Origin: an uncultured delta proteobacterium
Lineage (GTDB): Bacteria; Desulfobacterota; Binatia; UBA9968
NCBI GenBank assembly: GCA_963816145.1
Contig: CAWFJP010000004.1
Coordinates: 128,001-192,000 of the forward strand
Direction of reading: 5' to 3'
Length of the DNA: 64,000 nucleotides
Shown here: positions 40,681-50,085 of the stretch, one piece after another
Layout of the letters: every line of letters starts with the position of its first letter
Numbering within the stretch: the stretch's first letter is position 1
The notes under the pieces: model-generated
Databases searched by the model: none
What the model was told of the DNA's origin: nothing
The model's input: only the letters and a program-made list of their open reading frames with translations
Made by a program: the position numbers and the translations under genes

Positions 40681-42256
40681 CTAATGCCGAAAATGCCTCA
40701 TGCCGGTGAAGATCATGGCGATGCCATGTTCGTTGGCGGCGGCGATGACTTCTTCATCTTTGATCGAGCCGCCGGGCTGGATGATCGATTTGGCGCCGCC
40801 TTTGGCGGCTTCGTCGAGACCGTCGCGAAATGGATAAAATGCGTCGGATGCCACCGCCGAGCCTTTGAGATCGAGTCCGTGGGTGGCGGCGCGCAGCACG
40901 GCGATCTTGGTCGAGTCGATGCGGCTCATCTGGCCGGCGCCGACGCCGAGCACCTGGTCGGGGCTCGCGAAAACTATCGTGTTCGATTTCACGTGACGGC
41001 AGACGCGCCAGGCGAAGTCGAGGGCGCGATACTCGTCGTCGGTGGGCTTTCGTTCGGTGACGACCTTGCAGGCGCGCACATCGATCTTGCCGGTGTCCCA
41101 ATCTTGGATCAGCATGCCGCCGCGCACGCGCCGCAGGTCGTAACCGCCAGTCTGCGGCTGGCTCATGTCACATTCGAGCAAGCGGATGTTCAGCAGCCGC
41201 TTCTGCGACGACAGCACGGCCTTGGCTTGCGGGGTAAAGCTCGGAGCGATGACGATTTCGAGAAAAATCTCTTTGAGCTCCAGCGCGGTCTCTTCGTCCA
41301 CCGGCCGATTGAAGGCCAAGACGCCGCCAAAGATCGAAACCGGATCGCAGGCCTTGGCTTTGCGAAACGAGTCGGCGAGGGATTTTGTCGACAGGGCGAC
41401 GCCGCAAGGGTTGTTGTGCTTGATCGCGACGGTGGCGATATCGGAGAATTCCAACACCGTGCTCAACGCCGCGTCGGCATCGAGGATGTTGTTGAAGGAG
41501 AGTTCCTTGCCTTGGAACTGTTTGGCCCGCGAGATCGATGGGCCGGCATCGCCAGTGGTGCCGTAGAAGGCCGCGCTCTGATGGGGATTCTCACCGTAGC
41601 GCATGTCCTGGAGCTTGCTCACTTGGATGTTGACCGTTTGGCCCCAGCGCTGCGGTTTCTTATCGTGGTCGAGTGAAGAAAAGTAGTTGGAAATGGCGCC
41701 ATCGTAGTGCGCGGTGTGCTGGAACGCCTTGCAGAAAAGCCGAAAGTGGGTTGCCGGTAGGAGCGCGCCGTTATTGGCCTTTAATTCGGCGAGAATCGAA
41801 TCATAGTCCGCCGGATCGACGACGACGCCGACATGCTGATGGTTTTTCGCTGCGGCGCGCACCATGCTCGGGCCGCCTATGTCGATGTTTTCAACGACTT
41901 CTTCGAAGGCCGCGCCACGAGCGACGGTGGCTTCGAAGGGATAGAGATTTACCACGACCAAATCGATGGGCTGGATGCCATGCTCTTTCATCTTGGCGAC
42001 ATGTTCGGGATTGTCGCGCAGCGCCAGGATGGCGCCATGAATTTTCGGATGCAGGGTTTTGACCCGGCCGTCCATCATTTCCGGGAAGCCGGTGAGCATC
42101 GGCAACATCCTTGACGGGGATTTTGTTATCGCGCAGCAGCGTCGCGGTGCCGCCAGTAGAGACCAATTCGACCCCCATGGCCGCGAGGGCGCGGGAAAAT
42201 TCGACAATGCCTTGTTTGTCGGAAACGCTGATAAGGGCTCTTTCAATCTTGCCCAC
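40681..42256 (-). CDS. purH: Bifunctional AICAR transformylase/IMP cyclohydrolase, split by a +1 frameshift near 42097-42098
   Basis: RALISVSDK...STGGTA...KDVA joins [17 protein letters not shown]...RYGENPHQ...IKHNNPCG...MRHFRH in another frame. Confidence 0.93.
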
Positions 42257-42270
42257 TGCCGGTAGTCCTC

Positions 42271-43404
42271 CTAGATATTTTTGTGAATGCGGGGAACTCG
42301 AGCGCTGATGGAAGTGAAAATCTCGTAAGAGATCGTGTTTGCCCAGCCGGCGATCTCGTCTGCGCCAATTTCAGCGCTGCCATGATAGCCGAGGAGAACA
42401 ACCTCGTCTCCCTGCTGGACATTTCTAATATCGGTAACATCGATGGTAGTCAAATCCATGCTCACTCTACCGGCTACCGGCGCGCGTTTACCGCGCACCA
42501 AGACTTGCGCGCGGTTGGAAAAAAGCCGGCGGTAACCGTCGGCGTAGCCCACTGGTAAAGTAGCGATCAGGCTGTTTCGTTTCGCCACGAAGGTCCGGCC
42601 ATAGCCGATGCTGGTGCCGGCGGCAACGCGCTTCAATTGGATGATGCGGGTTTGCCAACTCAGCACCGGTTTGAGATCGATCTGCTTCTTGAGCGCAGGT
42701 GCCGGATACATGCCGTAAAGAATCAGCCCCGGCCGCACCATGGCAAAATGCGCATTCGGTTCGGTGATGAGCGCCGCGCTTTTGGACATGTGGCTGGTTC
42801 GATGCATGACGCTGGCTTGTGCGAAACGCTCTAAGACATGGTGGAAACGCGTGAGCTGTTTCTGGGTATATCGTTCGTTTGGGCTCTCGGCGTCGGCAAA
42901 ATGGGAAAACACTCCTTGGAGCTTGACCGCTTTGAGCTTGGCGAGCGCCGGCAACCAAGCGTCGATTCCCCCCGCCGGAAAACCAATGCGCCCCATGCCG
43001 GTATCGACTTCGATTTCGATCGGCAGCGTCGTTTTTAGCTTTAGTAGTCGACTGGCTAAAGCCTTTAAGGTCGCGACTTCATGGACCACCGGCGTTAGCT
43101 GGTATTGCAAAAACTGCGGCAGTTGTTCGAGGTAAACACCGGCGAGCACCAGGATCGGTTGCCTGATGCGCGCCCGCCTGAGTTCGATCCCTTCTTCGAC
43201 CGTGGCGACGCCGAAAGCGTCAGCGCCGGCCGCAGCAAGAGTTTTTGCCACGGCGACGGCGCCATGGCCGTAACCGTTGGCTTTCACCATGGCCAGGATT
43301 TTCACCCGCGCACCGACCAGCGTGCGAACTTGTTTCAAGTTCCAGCGCAAGGCGCGATGATCGATGACGCAGAAGGTGGGCCGCCCTGGCGGGGTGATGG
43401 TCAT
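42271..43404 (-). CDS. alr: Alanine racemase
   Basis: [11 protein letters not shown] (PLP Lys), [37 protein letters not shown]. Confidence 0.96.
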   Translation of the reverse strand: MTITPPGRPTFCVIDHRALRWNLKQVRTLVGARVKILAMVKANGYGHGAVAVAKTLAAAGADAFGVATVEEGIELRRARIRQPILVLAGVYLEQLPQFLQYQLTPVVHEVATLKALASRLLKLKTTLPIEIEVDTGMGRIGFPAGGIDAWLPALAKLKAVKLQGVFSHFADAESPNERYTQKQLTRFHHVLERFAQASVMHRTSHMSKSAALITEPNAHFAMVRPGLILYGMYPAPALKKQIDLKPVLSWQTRIIQLKRVAAGTSIGYGRTFVAKRNSLIATLPVGYADGYRRLFSNRAQVLVRGKRAPVAGRVSMDLTTIDVTDIRNVQQGDEVVLLGYHGSAEIGADEIAGWANTISYEIFTSISARVPRIHKNI

Positions 43405-43429
43405 GGAGGACGCGGTTTTCTCGATGGGC

Positions 43430-43774
43430 TTATTTTACTTTCGAACCGGCAAGCGCCGGTTTGTCCGGTGTCAAGACGATCACCTGGTCGCCGCTGGAGG
43501 CGGCGAGCAGCATGCCTTGGCTCTCCATGCCGCGCAGTTTGGCGGTGGCCAGGTTGGCGACGACGACAATCTGTTTGCCGACCAGTTGTTCCGGCGTATA
43601 GTGGCTTCTGATGCCGGCGCAGATTTGCCGCTGTTCGGTGCCGAGATCGATTTGCAGCACCAGCAGTTTATCGGCGTTGGGATGAGGCTCGGCGGCGGTA
43701 ATTGTCGCTACTTTCAGCTCGATCTTTTTGAAATCGTCGATGGCGATGGTGGCGGTCGGTTCCGGATTTTCCAT
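43430..43774 (-). CDS. Stand-alone tRNA-binding OB-fold protein (MetG C-terminal/Trbp111/CsaA-like)
   Basis: IDDFKKIELKVA, HPNADKLL, RQICAGI, VVANL...LRGMESQGMLLAA. Confidence 0.92.
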   Translation of the reverse strand: MENPEPTATIAIDDFKKIELKVATITAAEPHPNADKLLVLQIDLGTEQRQICAGIRSHYTPEQLVGKQIVVVANLATAKLRGMESQGMLLAASSGDQVIVLTPDKPALAGSKVK

Positions 43775-43843
43775 CAGCTGAAAATATCAGAGTCGAATCG
43801 CTAAAAAAAGTAACGAGCTTTCTTGACTTGCGATGATTCACTT

Positions 43844-43862
43844 CATAATAGTAATCATTATC
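43844..43862. promoter_or_regulatory. Fur/PerR box upstream of rubrerythrin
   Basis: CATAATAGTAATCATTATC matches 16/19 of GATAATGATAATCATTATC; TTGACT at 43823-43828; a Fur-family gene lies downstream. Confidence 0.75.
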
Positions 43863-43882
43863 AATTAACAGGAGGAAGCTTT

Positions 43883-44308
43883 ATGGCAAAAAGTTTAGCT
43901 GGCACCAAGTCTCACGAGAACCTGAAGGGCGCCTTTGCGGGTGAGTCTCAGGCCAATCGGCGTTACCTTTATTTCGCACGGGTGGCGGATATCGAAGGGT
44001 ACCCTGATGTCGGTGGTTTGTTCCGCGATACCTCGGAGGCGGAGACCGGTCACGCCTTTGGGCATCTCGACTTTCTCAAAGAAGTGGGCGATCCGTGCAC
44101 CGGCGTAGCAATCGGCACCACGGCGAAAAATCTGAAGTCGGCGGTGGAAGGCGAAACCTACGAATACACCGAAATGTATCCGGGCTTTGCCAAGACCGCG
44201 CGCGACGAGGGGTTGCCCGAATTGGCCGAATGGTTTGAAACTTTGGCCAAGGCGGAAAAGTCTCACGCCGGACGCTTCGCCAAGGGTCTCGATACTCTCG
44301 GCAGTTAG
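43883..44308 (+). CDS. Short rubrerythrin without rubredoxin domain (aerobic type)
   Basis: [44 protein letters not shown]; AGGAGG RBS. Confidence 0.93.
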   Translation: MAKSLAGTKSHENLKGAFAGESQANRRYLYFARVADIEGYPDVGGLFRDTSEAETGHAFGHLDFLKEVGDPCTGVAIGTTAKNLKSAVEGETYEYTEMYPGFAKTARDEGLPELAEWFETLAKAEKSHAGRFAKGLDTLGS

Positions 44309-44332
44309 TACCCAGCTTAGTCAATGATGACG

Positions 44333-44369
44333 GCGGCGGGTAGCGCGAAGCCATTCAACTACCCGCCGC
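44333..44369 (+). other. Intergenic GC-rich stem-loop (attenuator or mRNA stabiliser)
   Basis: GCGGCGGGTAG (44333-44343) pairs perfectly with CTACCCGCCGC (44359-44369); no strong U-tract. Confidence 0.55.
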
Positions 44370-44386
44370 TGTTGCATTTGCCACTC

Positions 44387-44964
44387 ATGAAAAAAATTGC
44401 CCTTGACGATATATTGGGATTTGCCGCCTACGAAAATGTGCGCGAGCAGTTCCGCCGGGAGATCATCGAAAAGAAAAAGCTCCGCCGGGTAGCGGTGGGC
44501 CGGAATATTTCCCTGGTATTCGAAAACCGCGACACGGTGATCTTTCAGATCCAAGAGATGTTGCGCGCCGAACGGATCACCGACCTCGATAAAATTCGCG
44601 AAGAAATTTCCGTTTACAACGAGCTGATTCCCAACCCCGGCGAACTGAGCGCGACGCTATTCATCGAGATCGAAGATCAGACCCATCTGCGCGACGAGTT
44701 GCTGAAATTTCTCGGCATCGACGAAGCCTTGATGTTTCAAAGTTGGCGAACAGCGAATTCCTGGGCGGTTCGAAGAGGGGCGAAGCAAAGAGGATAAGAT
44801 CAGCGCGGTCCAATATGTGCGGTTTGTCGTTCAGCGCGCAGGCCCGACAAGCGTTTATCGCCGGGGCGCCGGCTGAGATTATTATCGACCATGCGAACTA
44901 CCGTGCCAGCGAAGTTCTGAGCGCTGCGGTGCAAGGGTCTTTGGCGCAGGATTTGGCGGATTAG
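44387..44964 (+). CDS. DUF3501-family protein, broken by two +1 frameshifts (about 44735-44737 and 44823-44825)
   Basis: KKLRRVAVG, FENRDTVIFQIQEMLRAE, YNELIP, LSATLFIE; removing one T at each site restores FKVGEQRIPGRFEEGRSKEDKISAVQYVRLSFS...SLAQDLAD. Confidence 0.85.
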
Positions 44965-44966
44965 TG

Positions 44967-45359
44967 ATGGCGTCAACCCAAAAGCCGGCGCGGAATACCA
45001 GGCAATTGGCGATGGTTTGGCAGGCCATCAAAGACGATAAGTCTCATCCTACCGCGGATCAAGTCTATGATCGCGTACGGCGCAAGTTGCCGAACATCAG
45101 CCTCGGAACGGTATATCGTAACTTACAAAAGCTGGTTGCCTTAAAAAGACTGCAAGTCTTGATGCTCGGCCGCTCCCAACATTTTGATCCGCTGGTGCAG
45201 CGCCATCAGCATTTCATCTGCGAAGTTTGCGAACGTGTCTTCGATGTGATCGTCGAAAGCCATCGGGATATCCGGCCGGCAAAGCTTCCCGAGGAGGGCT
45301 TCACCGTGACATCGCATCACTTGGCCTTCTACGGCACCTGCAAGGGCTGCTCTTCCTAA
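44967..45359 (+). CDS. Fur-family transcriptional repressor (PerR-like)
   Basis: HPTADQVY, ISLGTVYRNL, HQHFICEVC, FYGTCKGC. Confidence 0.92.
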   Translation: MASTQKPARNTRQLAMVWQAIKDDKSHPTADQVYDRVRRKLPNISLGTVYRNLQKLVALKRLQVLMLGRSQHFDPLVQRHQHFICEVCERVFDVIVESHRDIRPAKLPEEGFTVTSHHLAFYGTCKGCSS

Positions 45360-45475
45360 GATTCGACTTTGTTGTAAACCGGCGGGTGCGGCGATAGAGT
45401 TCTCACGTCGCACCCATAATGTCTGGCGCAAGAACGTCAGCGGCGATGCCGTAGCGATGTCCATGAGGAGGAGAA

Positions 45476-46297
45476 ATGAAACGACGAAGTTTTATTGGCG
45501 CCCTCACGAGCTTTCTGCTCCTTCCTCTACGTGAAATTGTCGAAGCGGTGTGCAATCCGTCGGTGGTGCATTTCTTTCATCACGGACGCCAGCTGGTTCA
45601 GACCCGCGGCAATATCGGCAAAAGCCTGGTGCTCGGTTCTTATTTTCTCCAGTGGTATGGCCATTCGAGTTTTTTGATTCACTCCGGCAGCCAAACCAAA
45701 GTCGTCGCCGATCCCAATTTCAATGTGACGCCCGGAATTCAAGCCGACGCGGTGACTGTCAGCAACGATCACTTCACCCATAACAATACCGGCGCGGTGA
45801 CCGGCAATCCGCTGATTCTGCGCGGCATTACTTTCAAACAGACCTGGCAACCGATTCGCACCAGCGTGAAAGATATCACCATCGTCAATATTCCCAGCCA
45901 GCGTAGCGCCAATTGGGGTGCGATTGCCAACTCGATCTTCGTCTATGAGATGGGTAGCCTATGTCTCGCCCATCTGGGCAACATCGGCCACTTGCTCACC
46001 GACGAGCAGGTCAAGGTGCTGCAGCACATCGATGTCATGATGGTGCCGATCGATGCGATGACCAATCTCGGTTTTGAAGATGTCATAAAGGTGATCGACC
46101 AGGTGAAACCGCCGATCGTGATTCCGATGCATTACGATATCGCGCGCCAAGCCGAGCTGTTTGCCGCCTTCGCCAAAGAGCATTACCCGGTCAAGCGCTT
46201 AGCAGAGTCTCAGCTTACGTTAAATCGCTCCATGCTCCCGAAAGCGACCGAGGTCTACGTGCTAGCCCATCCGCGTTCCAATAGTTTCGGTGACTGA
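45476..46297 (+). CDS. Tat-signal metallo-beta-lactamase-fold protein with degenerate metal motif
   Basis: MKRRSFIG twin-arginine signal, WYGHSSF, VVADP, TVSNDHFTHN, AHLGNIGH, VIPMHY. Confidence 0.82.
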   Translation: MKRRSFIGALTSFLLLPLREIVEAVCNPSVVHFFHHGRQLVQTRGNIGKSLVLGSYFLQWYGHSSFLIHSGSQTKVVADPNFNVTPGIQADAVTVSNDHFTHNNTGAVTGNPLILRGITFKQTWQPIRTSVKDITIVNIPSQRSANWGAIANSIFVYEMGSLCLAHLGNIGHLLTDEQVKVLQHIDVMMVPIDAMTNLGFEDVIKVIDQVKPPIVIPMHYDIARQAELFAAFAKEHYPVKRLAESQLTLNRSMLPKATEVYVLAHPRSNSFGD

Positions 46298-46442
46298 TTT
46301 AGCCATTTTCTTCTCTTCAACTTTGCTGCCGCAGTTGGACTTGGCGCCCGGCGTGAGGTATCGACTGCCGATTTCGGGATCAAAAAAACTCGGTGAATCC
46401 AGGTTGATGTTTGGGCATTGTGCCTTATAATACCGGCTATTC

Positions 46443-46823
46443 GTGATAGGTGATTTTTTGAACACTAGAGACACGGCATATTTTCGCAAAATGTTGAGTG
46501 AGCGCATCGATGAGTTGCGCGCCGAAGCCGGCAAGACCGTCGGTACCATGGACGAGGAAGAAAATTTCCCCGATCCCACCGACCGGGCGTCGATGGAATC
46601 TAATCGCAATTCGATGCTGCGCATGCGCGACCGCGAGCGCAAACTCATATTCAAGATACAGGAAGCCTTGGAGCGGCTCGAAGCCGGCGCCTATGGCATC
46701 TGTGAAGAGTGCGGCGAAGAGATCGGCACCGCCCGGCTCAAAGCCCGCCCGGTGACGACGCTGTGCATTCAGTGTAAATCCGACCAGGAAGTCGAAGAGA
46801 GAAAGGCCAAGCGGGTCGTCTGA
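46443..46823 (+). CDS. dksA: RNA polymerase-binding factor DksA
   Basis: FPDPTDRASME (DxxDxA), RDRERKLI, YGICEECGEEI...RLKARP...LCIQCK. Confidence 0.94.
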   Translation: MIGDFLNTRDTAYFRKMLSERIDELRAEAGKTVGTMDEEENFPDPTDRASMESNRNSMLRMRDRERKLIFKIQEALERLEAGAYGICEECGEEIGTARLKARPVTTLCIQCKSDQEVEERKAKRVV

Positions 46824-46841
46824 CCGGCCATTTCAAACGCC

Positions 46842-47705
46842 ATGAAACTTCGCAAAGCGGTTATTCCCGTGGCTGGACTCGGCACGCGCTTCTTGCCGGC
46901 AACCAAAACTGTGCCCAAAGAGTTGCTGCCGATCGTCGATATTCCGTCGATCCAGTATGTCGTCCAGGAGGCGATGGAAGCGGGCATCGAAGAAATTATT
47001 TTCGTTACCGGACGCGGTAAAGACGGCATCGAAGATCACTTCGACGAAGCACCGGAATTGGAGCAGGTGCTCACCGAGCGCGGCAACCTTGAGATGGCCC
47101 AGACTCTCCGCAAGATCGCCGAGATGACCGAAGTGGTTTCGGTGCGGCAGAAAAAGCCCCTGGGCCTTGGTCACGCGGTGCTTTGCGCTCGCGATCTAGT
47201 CGGCGACGAGGCGTTTGCGGTGATGCTCGCCGACGACTTGATCGACGCCGAGGTGCCGGGTATCCGCCAGCTGCTCAAGATCTTCGAAGAGACTAACGAA
47301 TCCGTGGTTGCGCTGATGGAAGTGCCGCAAGCCGAGGTGCATCAATACGGCGTCATCAAGGGCCGGGAAATAAAAAAGCGGCTTTACCAGGTTGAAGGGA
47401 CAGTGGAAAAACCGCTGGCAAAGGATGCCCCGTCGCGCATGGCAATCATCGGCCGTTATGTGCTGCGCCCGGAGATCTTCAAGATATTACAAAATCTGCC
47501 GCCGGGGCGGGGCGGCGAGATACAGCTTACCGATGGCCTGGCGCAATTGGTCCGTGAACGGAAAATATTTGGCTGTGAGTTTGTCGGCGACCGTTACGAT
47601 ATCGGCGATAAATTCGGTTTTGTCCGGGCGACCGTGGCCTATGCGTTGAAAAGGCCAGACCTTAGAGATAAAGTGCTCGAGTACCTAAAAACCATCCCAA
47701 ACTAG
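46842..47705 (+). CDS. galU: UTP-glucose-1-phosphate uridylyltransferase
   Basis: KAVIPVAGLGTRFLPATK, PKELLP, RQKKPLGLGHAV, VEKP, GEIQLTD. Confidence 0.96.
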   Translation: MKLRKAVIPVAGLGTRFLPATKTVPKELLPIVDIPSIQYVVQEAMEAGIEEIIFVTGRGKDGIEDHFDEAPELEQVLTERGNLEMAQTLRKIAEMTEVVSVRQKKPLGLGHAVLCARDLVGDEAFAVMLADDLIDAEVPGIRQLLKIFEETNESVVALMEVPQAEVHQYGVIKGREIKKRLYQVEGTVEKPLAKDAPSRMAIIGRYVLRPEIFKILQNLPPGRGGEIQLTDGLAQLVRERKIFGCEFVGDRYDIGDKFGFVRATVAYALKRPDLRDKVLEYLKTIPN

Positions 47706-47782
<77 letters not shown>

Positions 47783-48267
47783 AATAATTCTCTTAGCGGC
47801 AACTTTTCGAATACTATCTACCAATATTTCTAGTGGTTATAGCGCAATCTTTGTCACGGTAGTCTAAGTTTACAGCACACAAATTAATTTGCATTGAAGT
47901 GCAGCCGCGGCTGAAAGGTGATCTACCCTTGGCCGACAGTGCGGGAATTCTATTGACCGAGTTTTCATCGTCTTTCATGGATGAGCAGGCGGCGCTCACG
48001 AAAGCCAGCGAATTGGCACCGCGGTACATTAGTTTCGACGGATCCAAGCCAGTGCAAATTTCGAAGCCGCGCTCATGATCCACGTGATGCACGCCAGAAC
48101 TTTGGTGCACCACGGATTATTCGAGTTGATAAGCTCGCCGCCCACTTACTCGCCATGTTCAAGCAGGCCTACGCGAGACTCTAGATTTGCGTCATTCGCC
48201 ATGTCAGCTTTGTCATGTAATAAGCACCGACTAGCGGGCTTCTGTTAGCTGACCGAGGGCTAAAGAC

Positions 48268-48588
48268 ATGGCAATAAAACCGACAGGAATCATCCGGCAA
48301 ATGGGGTGGCGAAGTTTTTTCCAGCTGCTCACCCATCTGCCGAGCTTTGTGAAGCTGTTTTCCCGTTTGATCAAAGATCCGCGAGTCTCCGTCAGCCCCA
48401 AGCTGCTGTTGGCCGGGATCTTGGCCTATGTGATCTTACCCGGCGACCTCTTGCCGGACTTTCTTATCGGTTTCGGACAACTGGACGACCTGGCGGTGAT
48501 CCTCGGCGGCTTAAAGCTATTTCTTAATCTGTGTCCTCGTGAAGTGGTGCAAGAGCACCTGAAGGCGATCGCTGCGCGGACTCGATAA
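48268..48588 (+). CDS. YkvA/DUF1232 family membrane protein
   Basis: KDPRV...LAYVILPGDLLPDFLIGFGQLDDL. Confidence 0.9.
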   Translation: MAIKPTGIIRQMGWRSFFQLLTHLPSFVKLFSRLIKDPRVSVSPKLLLAGILAYVILPGDLLPDFLIGFGQLDDLAVILGGLKLFLNLCPREVVQEHLKAIAARTR

Positions 48589-48601
48589 AGTTGCGGACCG
48601 C

Positions 48602-48814
48602 TTAGTGCTTGGCCGTGGCGGCTTTTTCTTCCTTGATGTTGTCGTGGATCAGGCGCGGCACGCCGCCACAGTTGAAGCAGCGGGGCGGCTCATGCTTGGT
48701 CTCGCCTTCGGGATAGCGCATGAAGCGTTTGTAGAAAGGCTTTTCGGTGCCGACAAAGTCATCGTAGTAAAAGGCCAGCTTGCCGCATTCGCTGCACTGT
48801 AGGTACTTCGCCAT
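48602..48814 (-). CDS. Small two-CxxC (zinc ribbon-like) protein
   Basis: CSEC...CFNC in 70 aa; GAGGAA RBS; typical codon usage. Confidence 0.7.
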   Translation of the reverse strand: MAKYLQCSECGKLAFYYDDFVGTEKPFYKRFMRYPEGETKHEPPRCFNCGGVPRLIHDNIKEEKAATAKH

Positions 48815-49030
48815 CTTGTTCCTCGTGAAACCTTGCCCTCGCGGTTTGCAGAAGAATACTCACGAACTCCGCTAAGGTCAATAACAGCGGCCGGCACGGG
48901 GTTGAGAATTAAGCCGATTTGATGCATGGCTTACTATGCACGGGCGGCGCCGGCATATCTTCGGCACTTGCCGCATAGGCAAATTCAACGGTTTCTTGTA
49001 TAAACTAAATACCCAGGGAGGTTCGAAATC

Positions 49031-49633
49031 ATGGCGATCAAATTGTTTAATTCCCAAACTTCGATGTTTTGCGAAAAGGTCCGGGTGGTCTTCGCGCTGA
49101 AAAAGGTGCCCTACGAAGTCATCGATGTGCGCGCCGACGAGCGCAAGTCGCTGCTCGAATACACCAATCAGCGCAAAGTGCCGACGCTCAATTACAACGG
49201 CGAATGCGTCATCGACTCGACGGTGATCTCGGCGCGGTTGGAGAAGGATCATCCGCAGAACAGCATTTATCCGGAAGGCGCCAATAACAAGGGCCTATGC
49301 TTGGCGATCGAGGACTGGTCCGATGAAGTGTTGGTCCATGCCAACCACGCGATGCGCCGGGCTGACACTCCGGAAGCGAAACAAAAGGCCGAAGCGGAGT
49401 GGGGTACCCTTTTCAATTCCCTCGACCTGATGTATGCCGGCAAGAAATTCATCTTCGACAACAAGATGACCATCGCCGATATCTCGATCTTCTCGCAATT
49501 GCATTATCTCTACACTGCGGTGAAGTATGATGTGCCGGCGCAGTACAAGAACGTTCACGCCTTTCTTGAAAACATGCGTCAAACCTTGAAACTCAAGTCC
49601 TTGGCCGATAGCTTCGATGCCCCGTCGCTCTAG
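49031..49633 (+). CDS. Glutathione S-transferase family protein
   Basis: SMFCEKVR, KVPTL, DSTVISARLE, MTIADISIF. Confidence 0.9.
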   Translation: MAIKLFNSQTSMFCEKVRVVFALKKVPYEVIDVRADERKSLLEYTNQRKVPTLNYNGECVIDSTVISARLEKDHPQNSIYPEGANNKGLCLAIEDWSDEVLVHANHAMRRADTPEAKQKAEAEWGTLFNSLDLMYAGKKFIFDNKMTIADISIFSQLHYLYTAVKYDVPAQYKNVHAFLENMRQTLKLKSLADSFDAPSL

Positions 49634-49641
49634 GATCGCCC

Positions 49642-49884
49642 GTGAAGACCGAAGTCATCGTGCCGCGCTTGGGATCGAGCGATGAGAGCGACGAGGTAAG
49701 AATCCTGCGCTGGATCAAAGCTTCCGGGTCGGCCGTCAAGAAGGGCGAAGCGCTGCTCGAAGTCGAGACCGATAAGGTCAACGTCGAGATCGAAGCTCCG
49801 GCGGATGGCACTCTCGCTGAGGTGAGTGCCAAAGAGGGGGACTTCGTCAAATTCGGCGCGGCGGTTGCCGTGATCGATCCGTAG
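49642..49884 (+). CDS. Stand-alone lipoyl/biotinyl carrier domain protein
   Basis: LLEVETDKVNVEIEAPADG with intact acceptor Lys; 80 aa. Confidence 0.9.
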   Translation: MKTEVIVPRLGSSDESDEVRILRWIKASGSAVKKGEALLEVETDKVNVEIEAPADGTLAEVSAKEGDFVKFGAAVAVIDP

Positions 49885-50085
49885 TTCGCGATAACTCAAC
49901 TGCGCGCGGTTGACGGCAGCCGCGCGCGGACAAACTTGATCCATTTCCGCTCCGGCGAAAATCGTAAATCTTTTGTTTGCCCCGCTCCTATTGGTGACTG
50001 CCGTTATTCTTCTCGACGCGAAGCCTGGTGGGTTGGCTCGCCTTGGGCCAGCGGAGGCCAGCCGCTGGAGCAGCAACGGAGTCTG

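Noticed and set aside
40273-41676. 467-aa plus-strand ORF and similar long antisense ORFs (e.g. 35380-36639, 16797-17489)
   Set aside because: Shadow ORFs opposite well-conserved genes, expected at high GC; no recognisable motifs
40086-42256. Programmed ribosomal frameshifting in purD and purH
   Set aside because: No slippery heptamer at either site and no precedent in these genes; the same insertion pattern recurs elsewhere in the window
47783-48260. Integrative element at the tRNA-Ala 3' end
   Set aside because: Somewhat AT-rich with short ORF fragments, but no integrase and no duplicated tRNA 3' end found in the window
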